NCBI GenBank assembly: GCA_963718235.1
Contig: CAVQYR010000001.1
Coordinates: 2,201,289-2,265,288, forward strand
Source: an uncultured Actinomycetota bacterium
GTDB taxonomy: Bacteria > Actinomycetota > Actinomycetes > JAHEKZ01
Reading direction: 5' to 3'
DNA length: 64,000 nucleotides
The notes beneath the pieces are model-generated. The model was not told the origin of the DNA. It did no database searches and saw only the letters and a list, made by a program, of their open reading frames with translations. The position numbers and the translations under genes were made by a program. Shown here one piece after another: positions 28,705 to 42,581 of this stretch. Numbering within the stretch: position 1 is the first letter of the stretch; the number at the start of each line of letters is the position of its first letter.

Positions 28705-30837
28705 TCAGAAGTCCACCGGTGCGGGCTCGGCAGCGGTCAGGTCGACGTCGACCCGGGGACCGACACCCAGCTTCTCCTTGATCTTCTTCTCGATCTCGTC
28801 GGCCAGGTCGGGGTTGTCGAGCAGGAAGGTGCGGGCGTTCTCCTTGCCCTGGCCCAGCTGGTCGCCCTCGTAGGTGTACCAGGCACCGGACTTGCGGACG
28901 AAACCGTGCTCGACCCCCATGTCGATGAGACCCCCCTCGCGGGAGATGCCGTGCCCGTAGAGGATGTCGAACTCCGCCTGCTTGAACGGCGGCGCCATCT
29001 TGTTCTTCACGACCTTGACCCGGGTGCGGTTGCCGACCGCGTCGGTGCCGTCCTTCAGCGTCTCGATCCGGCGCACGTCGAGTCGGATCGAGGAGTAGAA
29101 CTTCAGCGCCCGCCCACCCGTGGTCGTCTCAGGACTGTTGTGCACCATCACACCGTCGACGAAATAGTTGTGGTTGCCCTCGACCTCGAGGTCGAACTTC
29201 TGCATCGACCGGGTCGGCGGCTTGACCTTGATCTCGAGTACCCGCGCCGGCACCGGTCGCAGTCTCGAGTCGACGAACTCGGGAACGACGGTGAACTGGC
29301 CCCGGAAGCGCTCGAGCAGCTTGTGCTGCATGGAGGGGTGCACGTAGGGCGCGATGAGCGCGTGCAGCTTCGCCGTCTCGTCCTTGGCGAACGACAGCAC
29401 TGCCTTCTGTCGTGCCCCGCGCAGAGTCAGGGTCGGGTGGAGATCGAACGCGCCCGCCAGGTGCTCCACGAGCCGGCTCCGGCTGTCCGGGCTCATCGCC
29501 TCGACACAGATCTCACTGCGACCACTGCCCTCGCGGGTACGCGCTTGAAGACCCTTCGCACGCGAGCTGAAGGAGCCGTCATCCATGTACCAGACCGCAA
29601 GACTCAGCGGAGTGAGCTTCTTGAGGTAGTCCCACGACAGGACCTTGTGACCGGCCAGGTAGACCGCATCGCGCAGCTCGGCCAGCTCCGGCAGCGGAGT
29701 GAGGTCGACGAACGCCGCACCCTTGGCATTCACGCGACGGCTCTGGGCGATGTTGCCGAAGAGCGAGGCCTTCCAGTCGAGGTACTCGACCTGCTTGGCG
29801 CCGTGTCCCATCCGGAAGCGGGTGCCGTTGCGGCCACGTGTGTTGGGAGACAGCGCACCATCACCCATCAGGCCACCGAGCACCACCTGCCACTGCTGCT
29901 CGCTGAGCTGGACCGGCTCGGCCACCATGACCCGGTCTCCGGCAACCAGCTCACCCGCTGCTCGCCACCCACCAGGGGTGCGGACCAGATGGTTCTCGGT
30001 CGCTGCGAACTGCGCACGGCCGTTGCCACCGGACTTGGCCACGGTGAACTGCAGGAACTGCTCAGCCTTGCCGTTGTCGAACCAGTTGACGACCTTGCGT
30101 GGCTCGATCCGGTCGGACTCGGAGTTGTACGACAGCACTTCGACGTCGAGCTTCTGGTTGACGATCCGACCGATCTTCTCCGATGTGCCGTCGGCGAGCG
30201 TGACCCGGGTGTTGTAGGAGAAACAGCCGAACATCACACCGATCTTCTCGCGCAGCTGGTTGATGAAGATCGCTGTGGTGTTGGACTGCGACAGCCCACC
30301 GGTCATCTTGCGCAGCGCCTGCGACATCAGCCGGGCCTGCAGGCCGACGTGGCTGTCGCCCATCTCGCCCTCGATCTCCGCCCGCGGCACCAGCGCGGCC
30401 ACCGAGTCGATGACCAGGATGTCGATCGCACCGGAGCGCACCAGCATGTCGGCGATCTCCAGCGCCTGCTCACCGGTGTCCGGCTGGGAGACCAGCAGTG
30501 CGTCGGTGTCGACACCGAGCTTCTTGGCGTAGTCGGGGTCGAGGGCGTGCTCGGCGTCGATGAAGGCCGCGATGCCACCGGCCCGCTGCGCGCTCGCCAC
30601 CGAGTGCAGCGCGACCGTGGTCTTGCCGCTGGACTCAGGTCCGTAGATCTCCACGACCCGGCCACGCGGCAGCCCACCGATGCCCAGAGCGACGTCGAGG
30701 GCGATCGAGCCGGTCGGGATGACCTCGACCGGGGCCCGGCCCTCGTCACCGAGCCTCATGACCGAGCCCTTGCCGAACTGGCGCTCGATCTGGGCGAGTG
30801 CGGTGTCGAGCGCCTTGTCGCGGTCTGCCGATGCCAT
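28705..30837 (-). CDS. recA: RecA precursor containing an intein (710 aa; 347 aa after splicing)
   Basis: [17 protein letters not shown] and [13 protein letters not shown]|intein|[14 protein letters not shown]. Confidence 0.97.
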   Translation of the reverse strand: MASADRDKALDTALAQIERQFGKGSVMRLGDEGRAPVEVIPTGSIALDVALGIGGLPRGRVVEIYGPESSGKTTVALHSVASAQRAGGIAAFIDAEHALDPDYAKKLGVDTDALLVSQPDTGEQALEIADMLVRSGAIDILVIDSVAALVPRAEIEGEMGDSHVGLQARLMSQALRKMTGGLSQSNTTAIFINQLREKIGVMFGCFSYNTRVTLADGTSEKIGRIVNQKLDVEVLSYNSESDRIEPRKVVNWFDNGKAEQFLQFTVAKSGGNGRAQFAATENHLVRTPGGWRAAGELVAGDRVMVAEPVQLSEQQWQVVLGGLMGDGALSPNTRGRNGTRFRMGHGAKQVEYLDWKASLFGNIAQSRRVNAKGAAFVDLTPLPELAELRDAVYLAGHKVLSWDYLKKLTPLSLAVWYMDDGSFSSRAKGLQARTREGSGRSEICVEAMSPDSRSRLVEHLAGAFDLHPTLTLRGARQKAVLSFAKDETAKLHALIAPYVHPSMQHKLLERFRGQFTVVPEFVDSRLRPVPARVLEIKVKPPTRSMQKFDLEVEGNHNYFVDGVMVHNSPETTTGGRALKFYSSIRLDVRRIETLKDGTDAVGNRTRVKVVKNKMAPPFKQAEFDILYGHGISREGGLIDMGVEHGFVRKSGAWYTYEGDQLGQGKENARTFLLDNPDLADEIEKKIKEKLGVGPRVDVDLTAAEPAPVDF
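29137..30225 (-). mobile_element. Intein with a LAGLIDADG homing endonuclease, 363 aa
   Basis: Starts CFSYNT and ends VMVHN before Ser+1. Contains ATENH block B, DOD motifs VLGGLMGDG and LAVWYMDDG, and block [12 protein letters not shown]. Confidence 0.95.
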
Positions 30838-30912
30838 GGGAACGCCCCTCGCGGGTCTCGTGGGCGGCCGTGGCCGGCCCGGTGGTCTGGTGGTGCCTGG
30901 TGGACGTGGGCG

Positions 30913-30934
30913 ACGCTACGGGTGGACTCCGACA
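30913..30934 (-). promoter_or_regulatory. PafBC-type (RecA-NDp) promoter of recA
   Basis: The minus strand reads TGTCGG-AGTCCACCCG-TAGCGT, matching TGTCGG-N10-TAnnnT. Confidence 0.8.
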
Positions 30935-30999
30935 GTTCCGGCTCGGCCGGTGACTTCGGGGATCGCCGTCCACCGCGTAGGTCGTGGGGAAGACGCTAA

Positions 31000-31015
31000 C
31001 CGAACACGTGTTCGA
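31000..31015. promoter_or_regulatory. LexA box upstream of recA
   Basis: CCGAACACGTGTTCGA, adjacent to a minus-strand TAGCGT -10 element. Confidence 0.85.
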
Positions 31016-31046
31016 GCGCGATCCCGACACGCCGTATGTCGACGAC

Positions 31047-32291
31047 CTAGCGGGACGCCGCGGCCAGGGGACGCCGGGCCAGCCGAAGCAGCAGCACCAC
31101 CAGGGGCACCAGCACCAGGGCGGCCACCAGGTTCAGCCACCCGTATCCACCGACCGCCACGACCACCCCGGCCACGACCCCGGCGGCCGCTCCGGCCAGG
31201 TTCATCAGCGTGTCCCCGGCCCCCTGGACGCCCGGTCGGTCGGCCTCGGGGGCCGACTCGGTGATCAGGGCCGAGCCGCACACCAGGGTGAACGACCACC
31301 CGAGACCCAGCAGGAACAGCCCCAGCCCGAGCCGCGGCACGTCGTCGCCGGGCGCGGTGCCTGCGACCACAGTCGACACGAGCAGCACCACCACGCCGAT
31401 CACGATCCCCCGACGCGCACCGAACCGGTCGGCAAACCAGCCGACCAGCGGGCTCAACGCGTACATGCCCAGGATGTGCACGCTGATGACCAGCCCGATC
31501 ACCGACAGCGTGACGTCGACGTGTTGCATGTGCACCGGTGTCATCACCATGACCATGACCATCACCGCGTGCCCGACTGCGAGCGCCGTCAGTCCGAGCA
31601 CTGCGCCGGGTGAGGTGCGCAGCGCGTCACGGACTTCCGCCATCGTCGCGCGCGTGGGCGCCTCGTGCACCCCACGCGTGCGCCGCTCGGTGAGCAACGG
31701 GTCCGGCCGCAGTCCGACGAAGATGACGACTGCTCCGGTCAGCAGCGCGGTCGCCGTCACGAGGTAAGGACCGGTGAGCGGCGGCAGCCCAACGGCGTCT
31801 GCGACCTCGGACGCCGGCTGCATCACGTTGGGTCCGAGGACCGCCCCGACCGTGGTGGCCCACACGACCAGCGACAGCGAGCGGGCCACCCGCTGCGGGT
31901 CGGCCAGGTCGGTGGCCGTGTAGCGCGCCTGCAGCCCGGCCGCCGTGGCCGCCCCCACCAGGAAGGTCCCGAGCAGGATCAGCGGCAGCACCTCCAGCGT
32001 GCCGGCAACGATCACGACCAGCGCCCCCACGCCGCCGGCGAGCAGTCCCATGGACAGCCCCGGACGGCGTCCGCGTCGGTTGCTGACCGCGGCCAGCGGA
32101 ACCGCGGCCGCAGCGGCTCCCAGCACCCCGGAGGTCTGGGCGAGCCCGGCCCACGCCTCCGACCCGGTCACGTCGGCCACCAGCAGGCTGCCGGCCGCGA
32201 CCCCGCTCGCGACGCCCACCCCGCTGAGCACCTGCGTCGTCGACAGCACCCCGATGGTGCGCCGCTGCACCGCGACCAGGTCGACGCTCAC
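31047..32291 (-). CDS. MFS transporter
   Basis: About 12 TM segments; NRRGRRPGL and GWFADRFGAR loop motifs. Confidence 0.88.
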   Translation of the reverse strand: MSVDLVAVQRRTIGVLSTTQVLSGVGVASGVAAGSLLVADVTGSEAWAGLAQTSGVLGAAAAAVPLAAVSNRRGRRPGLSMGLLAGGVGALVVIVAGTLEVLPLILLGTFLVGAATAAGLQARYTATDLADPQRVARSLSLVVWATTVGAVLGPNVMQPASEVADAVGLPPLTGPYLVTATALLTGAVVIFVGLRPDPLLTERRTRGVHEAPTRATMAEVRDALRTSPGAVLGLTALAVGHAVMVMVMVMTPVHMQHVDVTLSVIGLVISVHILGMYALSPLVGWFADRFGARRGIVIGVVVLLVSTVVAGTAPGDDVPRLGLGLFLLGLGWSFTLVCGSALITESAPEADRPGVQGAGDTLMNLAGAAAGVVAGVVVAVGGYGWLNLVAALVLVPLVVLLLRLARRPLAAASR

Positions 32292-32482
32292 CGCTCCGAC
32301 CTCGGCAGCTCCAGCGCGTCGGCCACGGCCCGCCACACGGTCTTGGTGTCCTCGCCCGACTCGAGCGCCTCGTCCACGGTGCGGCCCCCGAGCTGGGGCA
32401 GCACGTGGTCGTGGGCGAACGACGCCGCGTAACCGTCGCCCAGATGCAGTCGCATCCTTCGCCAGAACTCGGTCAGTCGCAC
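32288..32482 (-). CDS. DUF3046-family small protein
   Basis: MRLTEFWRRM..LGGRTVDEAL..KTVWRAV; typical neighbour upstream of actinobacterial recA. Confidence 0.85.
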   Translation of the reverse strand: MRLTEFWRRMRLHLGDGYAASFAHDHVLPQLGGRTVDEALESGEDTKTVWRAVADALELPRSER

Positions 32483-32492
32483 GGCGGCGACG

Positions 32493-33230
32493 CTACCGGT
32501 CAGCAGCGGCGGCGACGTGCCGCCCTGCGGCCCGCCGACTACGACGCCGGGCGAGAACCAGCAGCGCCACCAGCACCGCACCTGCGGCCATCGCCAGCCC
32601 CACGACGAGGCGAGCGCCGAAGGAGCCGGACGCTGTGGCCTGCGCAGAGGCCCGGGGGATCGACACCTCGCCCAGCGGCAGGTCCCACATGACGCTCCGA
32701 CCTTCCACCGTCCCGTTGCTGGCGGTCACCAGGCCCGGGAAGGTGAGCTGCAGCGAGACCGACGCGTCGCGAAGGAGCCGCTGGGCCACGCGGTCGTCAG
32801 CCACCCCCAGCGCGGCCGGCCGAAGGTCGACCTCCCCGGCCACCTCGTACCGGTCACCTTCGCGGGTGATCTGCAGCACCGGCGGCGAACCGGCGGAACC
32901 CGGGCCGAAGGCCTCCAGACCCACCTCGTCGAGCACGACCCGCACCCCCACGCGCCCGCCGTCGGCGTAGGGCTCCGTCGTGACCTTTCCGGACGGCGGT
33001 TCGCTGGGGAGCACGTCCTCGACGAGTCCGGCCACCACGTCGTCGACCGGCCCCGACTGCGCCACGACCTCACGGTCCACGGCGACGACCGCCGCGCCAC
33101 TGACGGTGTCCTCGGCCGAGACGGTGAGGTCGACGTCGGCGGTGAAGCAGCCGCACAGCACCAGCGACGACCCGACCACCCACGACGCGAGACCCACTCC
33201 TCGGCGCAGCCTCGTTCCGACCTTGGACAC
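32493..33230 (-). CDS. LppM-like lipoprotein with a C-terminal TM anchor
   Basis: LCGC lipobox, DLTVSAEDTVSG, LTFPGLVTASNG, and a TM helix followed by RRRSRR. Confidence 0.7.
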   Translation of the reverse strand: MSKVGTRLRRGVGLASWVVGSSLVLCGCFTADVDLTVSAEDTVSGAAVVAVDREVVAQSGPVDDVVAGLVEDVLPSEPPSGKVTTEPYADGGRVGVRVVLDEVGLEAFGPGSAGSPPVLQITREGDRYEVAGEVDLRPAALGVADDRVAQRLLRDASVSLQLTFPGLVTASNGTVEGRSVMWDLPLGEVSIPRASAQATASGSFGARLVVGLAMAAGAVLVALLVLARRRSRRAAGRHVAAAADR

Positions 33231-33272
33231 CCGGTCATCCCAGCGCACCCGGTTCGCCGGGCCACCGGCGGG

Positions 33273-33294
33273 TGTCGGTGGGTCAGGGGACAAT
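33273..33294 (+). promoter_or_regulatory. PafBC-type promoter of lhr (leaderless)
   Basis: TGTCGG-TGGGTCAGGG-GACAAT, 6 nt before the GTG at 33301. Confidence 0.7.
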
Positions 33295-33300
33295 GGCCCG

Positions 33301-37861
<4,561 letters not shown>

Positions 37862-37931
37862 GCCACAGACACCTGGTGGAACGGTCACCGCGCCTGGCGC
37901 GGCAACCCGACCACCAGCTGGGTCGGCCCGG

Positions 37932-38537
37932 TCAGGGGGTGACCGGCACCCTGGGCAGGGCCTGGGCCAGCAGCGCGGCCTCGGCCCGACGGGTCGGGGC
38001 GTCACCGGGCGTGACGGCCGCTGACAGCAGCCAGCGCAGCACGAGGTCGACCGCGGCGCCCTCGACCGGCTGGGCTACCCCGGCGACGTCGACCCCATGC
38101 CGCTCGAGCAGCGCGGCCAGCCTGGAGCGCGCGTCGTCGAAGACCGGGTCGTCCTGCACCCGAAGCAGCCTCCCGATCACCACCGGCTCGTGGTCGGCCA
38201 CCGCACGAATGACCTCGTCGTCGCCCGCCGCCTCTGCAGCGGCAGCCAGGGCGAGCTCAGCCGTGGGCTCGGCGCAGGCAGCGGCGTCGACCCGCTCGAG
38301 CAGGTCGCGGGCCACCAGCGCAAGGAGGTCGGGCTTGCTGCGGACGTGGTTGTAGACGGTGGCCTTGGCGACGCCGCCGAGGTCGGCGACGGTGGCCATC
38401 GAGAGCCGCCGGAGGCCGTCGCGCACGATCCCGGCACGGGCGCCGGCGACGATCCCGGACCGGGTCCGCTGCATGGGGCTCCCGGAGCGCGCATGGCCGG
38501 ACCGCGAAGCCGGCCGGTCCGCGGTGACGCTGGTCAC
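37932..38537 (-). CDS. TetR/AcrR-family regulator
   Basis: HTH LSMATVADLGGVAKATVYNHVRSKPDL. Confidence 0.85.
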   Translation of the reverse strand: MTSVTADRPASRSGHARSGSPMQRTRSGIVAGARAGIVRDGLRRLSMATVADLGGVAKATVYNHVRSKPDLLALVARDLLERVDAAACAEPTAELALAAAAEAAGDDEVIRAVADHEPVVIGRLLRVQDDPVFDDARSRLAALLERHGVDVAGVAQPVEGAAVDLVLRWLLSAAVTPGDAPTRRAEAALLAQALPRVPVTP

Positions 38538-38549
38538 GACTCAGGACGG

Positions 38550-38864
38550 TCAGGCGGCGGCAACGACGTCGGGCTTCGGCGTGCCGTCGGAGTCGGAGGG
38601 GGCGAGGGGTCCGACCACCCCGGCGGCGAGCTCGGCCAGCGCAATGTCGTCGCTGACCGCGCGCAGCAGCTGCGACAGCGGCACGTCGAGCGCGCCGCAG
38701 ATGGCACCGAGGAGCTCGCTGCTCGGCTCCTTCTGTCCGCGCTCGACCTCGGACAGGTAGCCCAACGAGACCCGAGCCGACCCGGAGACCTCGCGCAGCG
38801 TGCGGCCCTGGGCCAGCCGCTGCCGGCGCAGCTCATCACCGAGGTGACGTCGCAGCACGATCAT
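38550..38864 (-). CDS. clgR: ClgR-like XRE regulator
   Basis: [31 protein letters not shown] and C-terminal VAAA; follows pgsA-cinA. Confidence 0.88.
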   Translation of the reverse strand: MIVLRRHLGDELRRQRLAQGRTLREVSGSARVSLGYLSEVERGQKEPSSELLGAICGALDVPLSQLLRAVSDDIALAELAAGVVGPLAPSDSDGTPKPDVVAAA

Positions 38865-39038
38865 GCGGTCCTCCTGGGGTTGAGCCGGGTCGAACTGGAA
38901 CTCGACGCTGGTGCGCCGGTGTTCAGCAGGCTACCGCCGACGACCGACGATCACCCACTGGGTTCGGCCGCTCGGGTCCGATTGGGCCGAGTGAGGGCCC
39001 ATCGAGCGTGATCGAGCCGGGTAACAGTGTAATGGTGT

Positions 39039-39064
39039 AACGCTGTAATCATTGGCGAAGTTCC
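39039..39064 (-). promoter_or_regulatory. SigR/SigH/SigE-type promoter upstream of clgR
   Basis: The minus strand reads GGAAC-N18-GTT (GGAAC ttcgccaatgattacagc GTT). Confidence 0.65.
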
Positions 39065-39591
39065 CAGCCGACCGCGGACAAGGCCTCCAGCACCGTAGCC
39101 GCGCGCACGGATTCCCGGTCGCCGAGGAGGGAGAGCCGCCGGACCGTCGCCCGTTCCGGACCTGCGACCGCCACGTAGACCTCCCCCACGGGGTGGCCGT
39201 CTTGCTGCTCGGGCCCGGCCACACCCGTCGTCGCCACCCCGTAGGTGGCCCGCAGCCGCTCGCGCACCCCGTGCGCCATCGCCGTCGCGACGTCGGGGTC
39301 GACCGGACCGGACCGGTCCAGCAGGGCGGGGTCGACACCAAGCAGTCCTGCCTTCAGGTCGGTGGCGTAGGCCACGACACCTCCCCGGAACACCGCCGAG
39401 GCGCCCGGGACGCTGGTCACAGCCGCCGCCAGCCCGCCTCCGGTGAGCGACTCGGCCGTGGCCAGCGTGGCGCCTGCTGCCAGCAGCGCCGCCACGAGCG
39501 CGCGCGCCTCGTCCTCGTTAGCGTGCCCACCCTGTGCACCGTGTGCACCGTGTGTACCGGGCCCCCCAGAACGACCGTGCTCCGCAGTCAC
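39049..39591 (-). CDS. cinA: CinA C-terminal domain / PncC NMN deamidase
   Basis: ATAESLTGG, VPGASAVFRGGVVAY and TTGVAGP. Confidence 0.9.
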   Translation of the reverse strand: MTAEHGRSGGPGTHGAHGAQGGHANEDEARALVAALLAAGATLATAESLTGGGLAAAVTSVPGASAVFRGGVVAYATDLKAGLLGVDPALLDRSGPVDPDVATAMAHGVRERLRATYGVATTGVAGPEQQDGHPVGEVYVAVAGPERATVRRLSLLGDRESVRAATVLEALSAVGWELRQ

Positions 39592-40184
39592 GAGGCCGCC
39601 GACGCCGTACGCCGCAGCCGGGCGGCGCGCACCACGTAGTCGATGCCGGTGACGACGGTCACCACCACCGCGGCCGCCATCAGCCACTCGGCGACCCAGG
39701 CGACGTCGGACGGCAGCGGCCACAGGTAGGTGAGGATCGCCATGATCTGCAGCAGGGTCTTCAGCTTGCCGCCCCGGCTGGCCGGGATCACCCCGTGCTC
39801 GATCACCCAGAAGCGCAGGGCGGTGACCGCCACCTCCCGGACCACGATCACGGTCGTCACCCACCATGGCAGCTCACCCAGGAACGACAGCCCGATCAGC
39901 GCCGAACCGGTGAGCGCCTTGTCCGCGATCGGGTCGGCCACTTTGCCGAAGGTCGTCACCTGGTCCCGTCTGCGGGCGATGTCACCGTCGACGAAGTCGG
40001 TCAACGAGGCCAGCAGGAAGATCACCGCGGAGGCGTAGCGCCAGGCGTCGCTGTCCGATGACCGCCACAGTGCCCCGATGAACACCGGGACCAGGGCCAG
40101 GCGAAGCACGGTCAGCGCGTTGGGCAGGTTCCAGTTGGTCGAGGACGACGGTGGCACAGCCATCGGGTCGCTGCGCGGGCTCAC
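39588..40184 (-). CDS. pgsA: CDP-diacylglycerol--glycerol-3-phosphate 3-phosphatidyltransferase
   Basis: [21 protein letters not shown] and [11 protein letters not shown]. Confidence 0.95.
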   Translation of the reverse strand: MSPRSDPMAVPPSSSTNWNLPNALTVLRLALVPVFIGALWRSSDSDAWRYASAVIFLLASLTDFVDGDIARRRDQVTTFGKVADPIADKALTGSALIGLSFLGELPWWVTTVIVVREVAVTALRFWVIEHGVIPASRGGKLKTLLQIMAILTYLWPLPSDVAWVAEWLMAAAVVVTVVTGIDYVVRAARLRRTASAAS

Positions 40185-41617
40185 CGACGGCCCCTCGTCA
40201 CCCGAGCGACCAGGTCGACCCCCTCGGCCGAGACCACTTCCGCCGTCACCAGGTCGCCGACCGCGACCGACGCCAGGACGTCGGCGTCACCGACGAGGAC
40301 GGTGCTGCCGTCGACCTCGGGGCCCTGGTGGGCCGCCCGTCCTTCCAGGCCCTCGGTCGGGTCGGAGCCGTCGGCCCGCTCGACGAGGACCTCGACCTCC
40401 TCACCGACCCGCTCCTCGGCCCGCTGACTGGTCAGCTGTTCGACGAGGTCGCTGACGACCGTGACCCGGGTGGCGATCTCCTCGGGTGGCAGCGCGCCGT
40501 CGAGGTCGGCCGCCTCGGTGCCGTCCTCGTCGGAGTAGCCGAAGACGCCGACGACGTCGAGCCGGGCCGCGGTCAGGAACCGGGCGAGCTCGTCGAGGTC
40601 GTGCTCGGTCTCACCGGGGAACCCGACGATCACGTTCGTGCGGAGGCCGGCGCTGGGTGCGCGCTCGCGGATCGAGGCGACCAGCCCGAGGAACCGGTCG
40701 GTGTCGCCGAACCGTCGCATGCGCCGCAGGACGGCGGCCGAGGAGTGCTGGAACGACAGGTCGAAGTACGGCGCGACACCTGGCGTGGAGGTCATGACTT
40801 CCACGAGCGAGGGACGCATCTCGGCCGGTTGCAGGTAGCTGGCCCGGACCCGGTCGACGCCCTCGAGCGCCGCGAGCGTCGGCAGCAGCGTCTCCAGCAG
40901 GCGGAGGTCGCCGAGGTCCTTGCCGTAGGACGTGGTGTTCTCGCTGACCAGGAACACCTCACGCACGCCGCGATCGGCCAGCCACCGGGCCTCGCCCACG
41001 ACGTCACTGGGGCGACGCGACACGAACGCCCCCCGAAACCGCGGGATGGCGCAGAACGAGCATCGACGGTCGCAGCCCGAGGCGATCTTCAGCGCAGCGA
41101 CCGGACCGTCGTCCAGGCGCCGACGGGACACCCGAGGGCCGGATGCCGGTCCTGCGTGGCCCGGAGGCACCGCCGCGTCAGCGGTCGGACGCTGGGCGGG
41201 AGCCAGCGGAAGCAGCAGCCGACGGTCCCGGGGGGTCGGGGCCGGGACCTCCCGACCTGACAGCACCGCCTGCACGCGCTCGGCGATGTCCGGGTAGTCG
41301 TCGAAGCCGAGGACCGCGTCGGCCTCGGGCAGCTCAGCAGCCAACGTCTTGCCGTAGCGCTCGGCGAGGCACCCGACGGCAACCACTGCCCGAGGGCCCT
41401 GGTCGCCGTCCTTCAGGTCGGCAGCGGCGAGGAGCACGTCGATGGAGTCCTTCTTGGCCGCCTCGACGAACCCGCACGTGTTGACCACGACCGCATCGGC
41501 GTCGGCTGCGTCGTCGACGAGCACCATGCCGGCACTCTCGAAGGACGCCGCGAGCTCCTCGGAGTCGACGTCGTTGCGGGCACAGCCCAGGCTGACGAGC
41601 CGGACGCGGGTGGGCAC
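40181..41617 (-). CDS. rimO: Ribosomal protein S12 methylthiotransferase
   Basis: [27 protein letters not shown] and PEVDG. Confidence 0.95.
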   Translation of the reverse strand: MPTRVRLVSLGCARNDVDSEELAASFESAGMVLVDDAADADAVVVNTCGFVEAAKKDSIDVLLAAADLKDGDQGPRAVVAVGCLAERYGKTLAAELPEADAVLGFDDYPDIAERVQAVLSGREVPAPTPRDRRLLLPLAPAQRPTADAAVPPGHAGPASGPRVSRRRLDDGPVAALKIASGCDRRCSFCAIPRFRGAFVSRRPSDVVGEARWLADRGVREVFLVSENTTSYGKDLGDLRLLETLLPTLAALEGVDRVRASYLQPAEMRPSLVEVMTSTPGVAPYFDLSFQHSSAAVLRRMRRFGDTDRFLGLVASIRERAPSAGLRTNVIVGFPGETEHDLDELARFLTAARLDVVGVFGYSDEDGTEAADLDGALPPEEIATRVTVVSDLVEQLTSQRAEERVGEEVEVLVERADGSDPTEGLEGRAAHQGPEVDGSTVLVGDADVLASVAVGDLVTAEVVSAEGVDLVARVTRGRR

Positions 41618-41623
41618 GGCGCC

Positions 41624-42400
41624 TCAGCCGGTGGCGCCCTCGGGGTCGTTCGGTCCGAACGACACGTTGGCGACCTCGCCACTGCCGCCGGTGACCCCGA
41701 GATCGGTGCCGTTGACGGTCAGCGAGATCGCGGACGCGTCGCCGATCACCAGGTCGAGACGCTTCTTGTCACGGAAGGTCTTGGACTGTCCGCTCTCCAG
41801 GATGCCTTGGTAGATCTCTCCACCCGGGTCGCTGACCGACACCCATCCGCGTCGGCCGTCGACAGCGGTCAGGGTGATCACGACCTCGTCCGGTGGCGCC
41901 TCGGCGATCGGTGACTCACTCGGCTCACTGCTCGGTGACGTGGCAGACGGCGTGGGCGTGCTCGGGGTCGGACTCGGCTCGGCCACGGTGGTGCGCTCGC
42001 GCGGCGCGTCGTTGGCGCTGCGGTACACCTGGACGCCCACGAGCACCAGAGCCGCCACCAGTGCCGCGCTCATCACCGCGGTCCAGTTCGGTCCACGACG
42101 CTCACGCTGCCCGGCCTGCTCGTGCTCGAACACCTCGATCACCGTCGGGGCGCTGGGCTGCCGTTCGGCGTCAAAGGTGGCGATGAGCGGCGCGGCGTCG
42201 ATCCCGAGCACTGCAGCGATCGAACGCACGTGGCCCCGGGCGTAGATGTCACCACCGCAGGAGGCGAAGTCGTCAGCCTCGATCGCCCGGATCACGGTGG
42301 CCCGGACCCGGGTGCGCTCGCTGACCTGGTCGATGCTCAGCCCCTCGGAGCGACGAGCGTCGGCCAGCTGCTGGCCGATGGTGCGCTGCTCGTCCGACAC
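41624..42400 (-). CDS. rodZ: RodZ-like HTH/TM/DUF4115 protein
   Basis: N-terminal HTH (IEADDF..YARGHVRSIA), a TM helix, a Pro/Ser/Thr linker and a C-terminal beta domain; lies between ftsK and rimO. Confidence 0.8.
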   Translation of the reverse strand: MSDEQRTIGQQLADARRSEGLSIDQVSERTRVRATVIRAIEADDFASCGGDIYARGHVRSIAAVLGIDAAPLIATFDAERQPSAPTVIEVFEHEQAGQRERRGPNWTAVMSAALVAALVLVGVQVYRSANDAPRERTTVAEPSPTPSTPTPSATSPSSEPSESPIAEAPPDEVVITLTAVDGRRGWVSVSDPGGEIYQGILESGQSKTFRDKKRLDLVIGDASAISLTVNGTDLGVTGGSGEVANVSFGPNDPEGATG

Positions 42401-42581
42401 GACGTTCCCTCCTGCCCGCGGATACGGGCCCGACTGAGTCGTCGGCTCACATGGGGCTGACCTGGATGACCGTTTGGTGGTGTTCGAAGCGGACGCAACC
42501 GCTCGTCCCGCTCTCAGTGTAGGCGCCCGTCAACCCTTCGGACAAAGCCCGCACGGGCCGGCGCCACGGGTGTGGTGCCGG

